A stretch of DNA of 64,000 nt from Alphaproteobacteria bacterium (lineage in GTDB: Bacteria; Pseudomonadota; Alphaproteobacteria; GM7ARS4; G965262615), in NCBI GenBank assembly GCA_965262615.1, contig OZ253545.1, forward strand, positions 1,152,001 through 1,216,000. The letters are read 5' to 3'. The notes below the pieces were generated by a model. The model searched no databases and was not told where the DNA came from. It saw nothing but the letters and a program-made list of their open reading frames with translations. Each line of letters opens with the position of its first letter. Within the stretch, counting starts at the first letter, position 1. Shown one piece after another: positions 8,848 to 16,460 of the stretch. Both the position numbers and the translations under genes were made by a program.

Positions 8848-9360
8848 TCACTTCAAAATAAGTGTCACCAAGATGCCCACAAGAGACACAATCACTCCCA
8901 CAAGAGTCACAATCACCCGCGTAGCAACGCGATTGAAAGCTTCTAACACCTCATTTTTTGCCTTCTCAATCTTGTGATCCGTGGCTGACATTTTCTCCAG
9001 CAGTTCAGCTCGCAGTTCAGCCATGTCAGCTCGCAGTTCGGCGATGTTTTCCCTATTGTCAGCTCGCAGTTCGGCGATGTTTTCCCTATTGTCAGCTCGC
9101 AGTTCGGCGATGTTTTCCTTATTGTCAGCTCGCGCCTCAGCAATTTGAGTTTCCAGCTTGGCGATTTGAGCTTCCAGTTTGGCGATTTTGGTCTCCAACT
9201 TGGCGATATCTTCCTTCGTGGCAAAATTCTTGCCTTGCTCTTTGATGGTGGCAACATCCACCTTCAGAGCGACCACATCCGCTTTGAGGGCGACCACATC
9301 ATCATACAAGCCATTCGCCTTGCGATGTTCGGTTGGTTTTTGTTCCGTCTGGATAGCCAT
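8848..9360 (-). CDS. Tail-anchored coiled-coil protein, DUF1640/CCDC90-like (copy 5, longest stalk)
   Basis: 5' half near-identical to copy 1 and 3' end near-identical to copy 2; three 11-aa ADN(K/R)ENIAELR repeats. Confidence 0.87.
   Translation of the reverse strand: MAIQTEQKPTEHRKANGLYDDVVALKADVVALKVDVATIKEQGKNFATKEDIAKLETKIAKLEAQIAKLETQIAEARADNKENIAELRADNRENIAELRADNRENIAELRADMAELRAELLEKMSATDHKIEKAKNEVLEAFNRVATRVIVTLVGVIVSLVGILVTLILK
9024..9133 (-). repeat. 33-bp tandem repeat x3 encoding hendecad coiled-coil units
   Basis: tgtcagctcgc recurs at 9024, 9057, 9090 and 9123. Confidence 0.9.
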
Positions 9361-9367
9361 AGTGGTT

Positions 9368-9396
9368 AGAATATGTGCATGTCAAGCGTTTGTCAA
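9368..9396 (-). promoter_or_regulatory. Sigma70 promoter TTGACA-17-TATTCT, leaderless (copy 5); -35 box contains the bioA stop codon
   Basis: Minus strand reads TTGACA aacgcttgacatgcaca TATTCT aaccact ATG; bioA TGA is at 9395-9393. Confidence 0.8.
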
Positions 9397-10727
9397 TCAC
9401 AAGATGCCTCACGGTCATTTGGCATGAATTGGGCAAGAATTTCATGCAGCTGCTGCCACGCTTCACGCAGTGCCTGTGGTGCGATGCAATACGGTGGCAT
9501 CATATAGACCACATTACCCAACGGACGCAGCAACAGCCCGCGCCGCAACGCCTCTTCGCCAATGGCTGTGCCAATGGTGGCGTGATAGCCTTCATCCTTG
9601 CCATCAATGGTGAAGGCGGCAATCGTTCCCATGATGCGCGGCTTGGTGATGTGAGGCAGAGTCATGATGTCTTGCATGGCGGTGTGATGAATGTGTTCTA
9701 TGGCGCGAATGCGCGTCCATGTGTCGTCCGCATCAAACAGCTGCAATGATGCCAGTGCCGCGGCGCATGCCAATGGATTGGCGGTGTAGGAATGACCATG
9801 AGCAAAAAAGTGTCCCCCATCATGAGCAAAAGCCTCATAGATATGGTTCTGAATGATGGTCGCCGCAAGGGGAAGCGTGCCACCAGTCAATCCTTTGGCA
9901 CAACAGAGAATGTCCGGCTGGTGTGCCAATTGGTCGCTGGCGAACAATGAGCCCAAGCGTCCAAAGGCGGTCATGACTTCGTCAAAAATAATAAGCGCAT
10001 CGCTTTTGGTGCGAATCATGGCAACCGCCTCATTGAAAAAACGCCTTGAGCTCATCCGCATGCCACTCGCTCCCTGCACCAACGGCTCTAAAATGACCGC
10101 ATTGAGAGTGTGCCCGTTGGTGTGCAAGTGTTCAGATAGTGTCTCAAGGGCGCGCTCTTCGGTCACGCCCATTGCGTTGTCATGCAGCCATGTCTCGGGA
10201 TACGAGGTGAAATGAAACGGATAGAGCAAGGATTCAAACCCCTCATAGAGCTGGCATGAGACCCCCGCCGCCATCGCCCCCATGGTGTCACCGTGATAGC
10301 CTCCCTCCAATGCCAGAAAGTGCTTGGGTTCTTTGCCCTTTTTGCGCCAGTAGAGCCATGCCATTTTGAGAGCAATTTCAACGGCGCACGAGCCATTATC
10401 GGAGAAAAACACCCGCTGCAATGATGATGGTGTCACCCGCGCCAGATGCTCTGCCACCCGCACCGCGCCCTCATGAGTCACACCGGCAAACAACACATGA
10501 GACAATCGCTCACTTTGTTTGTGAATGGCTTTCATGATGGCAGGATGACGATGACCGTGGGTCACCACCCACCACGAAGAGATGAGATCCTGATAGCCGC
10601 GATCCGTTTCATCATAGAGAACACTGCCTTCAGCTCGCGTGATGACCAACGGCGCACCGCCCTTATCAAACGGATGCCACAAATGAGTCGCGTCTAAAGA
10701 CGAAAGATTATGTGGAAACGCCATCAA
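9393..10727 (-). CDS. bioA: DAPA aminotransferase
   Basis: HLWHPF, SSWWV, FFSDNGS, YHGDTMGAM, FDEVMT and AKGLTGGTLP motifs; bio cluster. Confidence 0.96.
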   Translation of the reverse strand: MMAFPHNLSSLDATHLWHPFDKGGAPLVITRAEGSVLYDETDRGYQDLISSWWVVTHGHRHPAIMKAIHKQSERLSHVLFAGVTHEGAVRVAEHLARVTPSSLQRVFFSDNGSCAVEIALKMAWLYWRKKGKEPKHFLALEGGYHGDTMGAMAAGVSCQLYEGFESLLYPFHFTSYPETWLHDNAMGVTEERALETLSEHLHTNGHTLNAVILEPLVQGASGMRMSSRRFFNEAVAMIRTKSDALIIFDEVMTAFGRLGSLFASDQLAHQPDILCCAKGLTGGTLPLAATIIQNHIYEAFAHDGGHFFAHGHSYTANPLACAAALASLQLFDADDTWTRIRAIEHIHHTAMQDIMTLPHITKPRIMGTIAAFTIDGKDEGYHATIGTAIGEEALRRGLLLRPLGNVVYMMPPYCIAPQALREAWQQLHEILAQFMPNDREASCD

Positions 10728-11122
10728 ACAAGATGGTGAATTTTTTCATGATGCCCTTGAGGGGATTTTGAGTTTTTGCCATCACGACCATCCAAATAGG
10801 TCTTGTAGAAAAGATTGTGATAGTGAGCAATGAGCTGTGTGACATCATTGTCATCTTCCACTCTAAAAACACGCACATTTCTGACACACTGACCAAACCA
10901 CTCATGATGTGCCACCATCTCTTGCAAGGCACTGACGCACTCCAGCCAAGAAGATGCTCCCAAATAGACACTGCCCTGCACATTGACCAAAGCATACTTC
11001 TTGAAAACATCACCAATGGCTTTGTAGGCATTTTGATAGGAAGTGGGACATTCTCGCTCCAGACACTTTGTGTCCATATCAAACACCACGGCATAAGTTG
11101 AACTGCTGGTTTTCGGTGTCAT
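10724..11122 (-). CDS. vapD: Virulence-associated protein D (VapD, Cas2-like nuclease fold)
   Basis: YAVVFDMDT..YQNAY..QGSVY..WFGQCVRNVRVFRVEDDND matches the VapD pattern. Confidence 0.85.
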   Translation of the reverse strand: MTPKTSSSTYAVVFDMDTKCLERECPTSYQNAYKAIGDVFKKYALVNVQGSVYLGASSWLECVSALQEMVAHHEWFGQCVRNVRVFRVEDDNDVTQLIAHYHNLFYKTYLDGRDGKNSKSPQGHHEKIHHLV

Positions 11123-11139
11123 GGTTCTAATTTAATCAA

Positions 11140-11796
11140 TTACGATAACGATAGCAAGCTTGTGTCATAAGGCGGATGGCGGGCAAAAAATTCTTCTGAC
11201 AATGGCTGATGAAACGGCAGATGACCGACAATTGACACATCACCATAACGCTCAATTGCGGACGCGTTTTCATCATCGGCGTCTCCCACCAACACGACTC
11301 CCGCCACCTCAATGCCGTGCAGACGCAATGCCTGCAGTGTCAAACAGGTATGATTGATCGTTCCCAGAGCGGTGCGCGCCACCACAATCGCCGATGCTTG
11401 CCACAAGGCAAAGGCATCAATCATGAATTGGGAATCATTGAGAGGCACCATCACGCCGCCTGCGCCTTCAATGATGAGAGGGGCATCATCAGGAGTTGGC
11501 GGTGTCAATTGGTCAAGGGCAATGGTGACTCCTTCGGCGGCGGCGGCTTCATGAGGCGAGCGCGCCAGCTGAAAATCATAGGCGGGAGGTGCGGCAACCA
11601 CGCCGCCCAGTGATGCCACACGAGATGAATCATCCGTGCCGCTCTCGTCTCGTCCGCATTGAATCGCCTTCCAGTAAGCCCCGCCACCATGATGCAGCAA
11701 CCACGCCGCCACCACGGTTTTACCCACATTGGTATCGCTTCCTGTGACAATCATACGAGGTGTCATATTGTCTTTTTGGCTGTCTTTTTGGGTCAT
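11140..11796 (-). CDS. bioD: Dethiobiotin synthase
   Basis: VTGSDTNVGKT, EGAGG and LGTINHT motifs; ATGA overlap with the bioC stop. Confidence 0.94.
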   Translation of the reverse strand: MTQKDSQKDNMTPRMIVTGSDTNVGKTVVAAWLLHHGGGAYWKAIQCGRDESGTDDSSRVASLGGVVAAPPAYDFQLARSPHEAAAAEGVTIALDQLTPPTPDDAPLIIEGAGGVMVPLNDSQFMIDAFALWQASAIVVARTALGTINHTCLTLQALRLHGIEVAGVVLVGDADDENASAIERYGDVSIVGHLPFHQPLSEEFFARHPPYDTSLLSLS

Positions 11797-12539
11797 GATA
11801 GCCGCCGCGCCACACGATAGGCAATTTTCCAATCCACAATCAAGGGTGTCTGTTGACGCACCACCCACGCTCGCTCGCCGAAGGGCGCGCCTTTGTATGA
11901 GGCGGCGGCGGTGTGACATCCTGTCATTTTCAATTGACGCACAAAGGCGCGCGGGGAGGCGGCAAACTGCTCATGAACAATGGTCTCAGATGCGAGTGTA
12001 TCGCAATGAGCGAGACGCAGCCATTCATCCAGTTCAGACGCGCACGGCAGAGGCAGCAATCCATGACGCAACGCCCGCGAGCCAATCAATCGCCGCCATG
12101 ACGACCAGCTCTGTGCCAACGGCACAGAAAACGCCAGCAAGCCTCCATCCGCCACCAACGATGCCAGTTTTTCCAGTGCTCGCGCGCCATCATTCATCCA
12201 GTGAAGCCCCATGTTGATGGTGACAAGATCAAAGATGCCCGCCCGCACCGCCAGCCGATTCACATCCCCCACCACACGCCCCACAGATGATGACACTTCC
12301 CGCATCATGGCATGACTGCAATCCATCATCACGACACGACCCGTCGCCACCGTTCCATAACGACAACGCGCCTCATACAATGCACCCGTGCCACACGCCA
12401 CATCCAACCAGTGGCGCGGCGCATCATGAACCGACAGCATCCGCGCCAAATGGGCGGCAATGGTCTTTTGCACCGTTGCCCATTCATCATAGTGAGGCGC
12501 GGCGCGTGAGAAATTAGCATGACACTCACGAACCGACAT
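11793..12539 (-). CDS. bioC: Malonyl-ACP O-methyltransferase
   Basis: FSRAAPHYD..VQ and LDVACGTG SAM motif; bio cluster. Confidence 0.85.
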   Translation of the reverse strand: MSVRECHANFSRAAPHYDEWATVQKTIAAHLARMLSVHDAPRHWLDVACGTGALYEARCRYGTVATGRVVMMDCSHAMMREVSSSVGRVVGDVNRLAVRAGIFDLVTINMGLHWMNDGARALEKLASLVADGGLLAFSVPLAQSWSSWRRLIGSRALRHGLLPLPCASELDEWLRLAHCDTLASETIVHEQFAASPRAFVRQLKMTGCHTAAASYKGAPFGERAWVVRQQTPLIVDWKIAYRVARRLS

Positions 12540-13137
12540 GAGACATACAGTCACGAATGGCGGCGGCACAGTCATGAGGATGGGTCACAGGCAGCAGGTG
12601 ATTGCCATCATCACACCAGCGCACAGGCTTTATGGTGCATTGTGGTGACACAATGGCATCGCGCCGTCCCGCCAAAGACACAATGGGAACATGGCTCTTG
12701 TGCAGTTGCTCAAGAGGTTTCCGTCCATCCCATGTGGCAAGCCAGTGCAATCCCTCGTCCAGACGCTGCCAGTTGTAGCGGCAGTGCGGCATGGATGACA
12801 CACCACACGCTCTATGAAAATTCGCCACCGTCTCTTGCGGCGATGTTTGCAGACGCTGCCTCATGGCGCGCAACGCGGCTTTGGTGTCAGAAGTGACAAA
12901 ATGACTAAACCCATTGATGCTCACATATCCATCATACACGACTGGCTGCATGAGCAGCCATAAAAATCCGAGAGAATGTCCCACCGCCACAGTTTTGTGT
13001 GCCGTCTTCTCATGCCATTGCGGCGTGCCACTAAATCCCAAATTGATGTGGTTCACGGGTTCATCATGCCACAGCGAATCAACGAACCGCCACAGACGCT
13101 CATCCCACGCCCAGCCATGAACAAAAAGGATGGTCAT
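12526..13137 (-). CDS. bioH: BioH-like alpha/beta hydrolase (pimeloyl-ACP methyl ester esterase)
   Basis: FVHGW, GHSLG, Asp and His of the catalytic triad; lies between bioF and bioC. Confidence 0.8.
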   Translation of the reverse strand: MTILFVHGWAWDERLWRFVDSLWHDEPVNHINLGFSGTPQWHEKTAHKTVAVGHSLGFLWLLMQPVVYDGYVSINGFSHFVTSDTKAALRAMRQRLQTSPQETVANFHRACGVSSMPHCRYNWQRLDEGLHWLATWDGRKPLEQLHKSHVPIVSLAGRRDAIVSPQCTIKPVRWCDDGNHLLPVTHPHDCAAAIRDCMSHVGS

Positions 13138-14309
13138 GATGATTTCTCCTGCCATGACAACAAAAGGCTCGCCACACGGTCTATATCATCCTTGCGATGC
13201 GCGGCAGACAAGGAAAGACGCAAGCGCGCCGTGTGCGGCGGCACGGTGGGCGGACGCACAGCAGGCACAAAAAAGCCATGCTCATAAAGAAAATCCGATG
13301 CCGCCAGAGCGCGCTCATTAGAACCCATAATAATAGGCACAATAGGCGTGTCATGGGACGGGCAATTCAATTGATCGCCTAGAAATTGTCTGAGGCGTTT
13401 GCCATGTGCCATAACACTCTGTCTCAGGTAATTCCATTGATTCATATTGTCAAACACCGCCTCAATGGCTCCCAGCACGGGCGGCGGCAGAGCGGTGGAA
13501 TAAACCAGTCCCCCCGCTTTTTGCAGCAACAGCTGAGCGATGGTGTCATTGCAAAAACACACCGCGCCATAACAGCCATACGCCTTGCCAAAAGTCGCCG
13601 TGATGATGCCGCTCGGCATGGCGCGCGCCAAGCCGTGTCCATTTTTGCCCAACACACCAAAGGCATGGGCATCATCCAACAGCAGCAACGCATCGTATTC
13701 AGCTGCCAATGATTGCAACATCGCCACATCACAGCAATCACCATCCATGCTAAACAGCGTGTCTGACACAATAAAACGACACAAATTTTTATCTCGGTCA
13801 CGCTCAAGCAATGATGCCAAGTGGTCATAATCCAAATGACGATATCGCCGCATACGCGCACCCGCCGTGCGCACGCCGTGATACAAACTGGCATGATTGA
13901 GACGATCCATATAGACCATAGAATCAAAAGGTAGAAGTGATTTATCCAAAACAGACGCTAACACACTGCCGTTACAGGAAAATCCATTGCCAAAAATAAT
14001 GGCACGGGGCATTTCTTTCGCCGCCGCCATGCGCGCCTCCAATTGCGCCACCGCCGTGAGTGATGCTCCCAGCAGGCGCGAGCCATTCATCCCCGTGCCA
14101 TAGCGTTGCAACCATCGCTGCGCACCCTCACGCACCACCTCATGATGACTCAGTCCCAAATAGTCATTGCTGGCGTAATTGACCAGTGTCCGACCACCAA
14201 TGACCACCTCACCAGCATCATAAGTCTCCACATGGGTTAAATGACGCAACGCTCCCTGCCTTTGCAATGCGCGCAAATAATCATCATAATAGGACAGCAA
14301 TTGAGTCAT
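13134..14309 (-). CDS. bioF: 8-amino-7-oxononanoate synthase
   Basis: SNDYLGL, DRLNHASL, FSMDGD, DDAHAFG, TFGKAYG and VRPPTVP motifs. Confidence 0.95.
   Translation of the reverse strand: MTQLLSYYDDYLRALQRQGALRHLTHVETYDAGEVVIGGRTLVNYASNDYLGLSHHEVVREGAQRWLQRYGTGMNGSRLLGASLTAVAQLEARMAAAKEMPRAIIFGNGFSCNGSVLASVLDKSLLPFDSMVYMDRLNHASLYHGVRTAGARMRRYRHLDYDHLASLLERDRDKNLCRFIVSDTLFSMDGDCCDVAMLQSLAAEYDALLLLDDAHAFGVLGKNGHGLARAMPSGIITATFGKAYGCYGAVCFCNDTIAQLLLQKAGGLVYSTALPPPVLGAIEAVFDNMNQWNYLRQSVMAHGKRLRQFLGDQLNCPSHDTPIVPIIMGSNERALAASDFLYEHGFFVPAVRPPTVPPHTARLRLSLSAAHRKDDIDRVASLLLSWQEKSS
14262..14290 (+). promoter_or_regulatory. Candidate hemB promoter inside bioF coding sequence
   Basis: TTGCAA-17-CATAAT followed by AGGA upstream of the hemB ATG. 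Confidence 0.45.
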
Positions 14310-15306
14310 GAGCGACACACTATCACATTTTGGCAGATATCCCACCACGCGTCTGCGGCGTTTGCGTCAGCATGAGTGGCTGCGTCTTTTGGTGCGAGAG
14401 CATGAGCTGCGTCCTCATCACCTGATCATGCCTCTGTTTGTTCATGACCATCCTTCCACTCCCATTGAATCTCTGCCCACCCACCACAGATTGAGCCTTG
14501 ATGACCTTTTGCACAAAGCGGACGAATGTCTGCAGCACGGCATCACCGCCATTGCCCTGTTTGCCGTGATTGACGACACACTCAAAGATGACAAAGGCTC
14601 GCACGCCCTGCAAGAGGATAATCTGCTCTGTCGCGCCATAGCCCATGTGAAGAAGCATCACCCCCAATTGGGAGTCATTGCCGATGTGGCTCTTGACCCT
14701 TTCACCAGTCACGGACACGATGGCATCGTGCGTGACGGCACAATTCTCAATGATGAGACCGTGGCGGTGCTGTGTCGCCAAGCGGTGCTGCAAGCTCACG
14801 CGGGAGCAGACATCATCGCCCCCTCCGACATGATGGATGGACGCATTGCCGCCATTCGGCAGTCACTGGACGAATCACATCACACCCATTGTCTGATTTT
14901 ATCTTATGCCGCAAAGTATGCCTCGGCATTTTATGGTCCTTTTCGTGATGCCGTGGGCAGCCGCTCTTTGCTGGGCACGAGTGATAAAAAAACCTACCAG
15001 ATGGATTGTCACAACAGACGCGAGGCATTGCGAGAAATCGCCCTTGATATTGATGAAGGAGCGGACATGGTCATGGTGAAGCCAGCCCTGCCCTATTTGG
15101 ATGTCATTTGTCATGCGGCGCAATCGTTTGCCGTGCCTTTGTTTGCCTATCAGGTGAGCGGTGAGTATGCCATGCTGCGTCATGGCAGCTCGCACCTCTC
15201 TTATGATGATTGTCTGCTGGAGTCTTTGGTCGCCATTCGCCGTGCGGGCGCACAAGCCATTGTGTCGTATGGCGCATTGGATGCCGCACGACTGCTCACA
15301 TCATGA
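14308..15306 (+). CDS. hemB: Porphobilinogen synthase
   Basis: RLRRLR, DVALDPFTSHGHDG, APSDMMDGR, YGPFRDA, MVKP and AYQVSGEY motifs. Confidence 0.97.
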   Translation: MSDTLSHFGRYPTTRLRRLRQHEWLRLLVREHELRPHHLIMPLFVHDHPSTPIESLPTHHRLSLDDLLHKADECLQHGITAIALFAVIDDTLKDDKGSHALQEDNLLCRAIAHVKKHHPQLGVIADVALDPFTSHGHDGIVRDGTILNDETVAVLCRQAVLQAHAGADIIAPSDMMDGRIAAIRQSLDESHHTHCLILSYAAKYASAFYGPFRDAVGSRSLLGTSDKKTYQMDCHNRREALREIALDIDEGADMVMVKPALPYLDVICHAAQSFAVPLFAYQVSGEYAMLRHGSSHLSYDDCLLESLVAIRRAGAQAIVSYGALDAARLLTS

Positions 15307-16421
15307 CCACACCGCCACTGCAAGGCATCACCGTCATTGACTGCAGCCGTGTGCTGGCGGGACCCTTTGCCACCATGATTTTGAGCGATCTTGGCGCGCG
15401 CGTCATCAAAGTAGAATCCGAGACCGGTGATGACGCACGCGCCATTGGGCCCTTTGTCAATGGACAATCCCTCTATTTTGCCTCACTCAATCGCGGCAAG
15501 GAAAGCGTCACCCTCAATCTCAAAAAAGACAGCCACCGCTCGCTCTTTGAAGACATGCTCGCCACCGCCGACATTCTGGTGGAGAACTTTCGCCCCGGCG
15601 TGATGCAACGACTGGGCTACGACTGGCTCACCCTTCATGAACGCTATAAACGGCTGATTCTGGCATCCATCAGTGGCTTTGGGCAGGAAGGGACGCGGCG
15701 CGCAAAGCCCGCCTATGACATCATCATTCAAGCCATGAGCGGCATGATGAGCATCAATGGTGAGGAAAACAGCGAGGGGGTGCGGGTCGGCACATCCATC
15801 GGCGACATGACGGCTGGACTCTATGGCGTGGCGGGCATTCTCGCCGCCCTTCACAAGCGGCACAGCAGCGGCGTGGGGTCTCATGTGGACATCGCCATGC
15901 TGGATTGTCAGGTCGCCCTGCTGGAAAATGCCCTCGTGCGCTATGCCAGTGACGGCATTGTGCCGCGCCCCATTGGTAATCGTCATCCCAGCATCACCCC
16001 CTTTGCCAGTTTTCAAACCAAAGATCGTCCCATTGTCATTGCCTGTGGCAATGACGCACTGTTTGCCTCTTTGTGTCGGGCTCTCAAGCAGCCGCAGTGG
16101 CTTGATGACACACGCTTTGCCACCAATGACCAACGCACCAAACATCACCATCAGCTGCACCAACTGATTGAATCGTGCCTTGCCACCAAGACCGCCGATG
16201 AATGGATTGATATGCTGGAGAAAAACGCCATCCCCGTGGGACTCATTCGCACCGTGGCTGAGGTGTGTGACGACAAGAATCTACGCGCCCGCCGTATGCT
16301 GGTCGCGGTGCATGACACCGCCGCAGGCCCCATCACCGTGAGTGGCAACCCCATCAAAATCAGCAACTGCCCCGATGATGACACACGACCACCACCACCC
16401 CTCAAAAAGCCTCTTGCATAA
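15303..16421 (+). CDS. CaiB/BaiF family III CoA-transferase
   Basis: VLAGP, DLGARVIKVE, NRGKES, ENFRPG and YD motifs; ATGA overlap with hemB. Confidence 0.93.
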   Translation: MTTPPLQGITVIDCSRVLAGPFATMILSDLGARVIKVESETGDDARAIGPFVNGQSLYFASLNRGKESVTLNLKKDSHRSLFEDMLATADILVENFRPGVMQRLGYDWLTLHERYKRLILASISGFGQEGTRRAKPAYDIIIQAMSGMMSINGEENSEGVRVGTSIGDMTAGLYGVAGILAALHKRHSSGVGSHVDIAMLDCQVALLENALVRYASDGIVPRPIGNRHPSITPFASFQTKDRPIVIACGNDALFASLCRALKQPQWLDDTRFATNDQRTKHHHQLHQLIESCLATKTADEWIDMLEKNAIPVGLIRTVAEVCDDKNLRARRMLVAVHDTAAGPITVSGNPIKISNCPDDDTRPPPPLKKPLA

Positions 16422-16460
16422 TCAATAAAGTCATGGCAAAAGAAAACGAGGAATAATACG

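Noticed and set aside
764-9444. Integron cassette array
   Set aside because: No integrase, no attC with RYYYAAC/GTTRRRY boxes, mixed orientations, and the genes carry their own promoters.
10724-11122. Cas2 of a CRISPR system
   Set aside because: The sequence fits VapD, and no cas1 or array is nearby.
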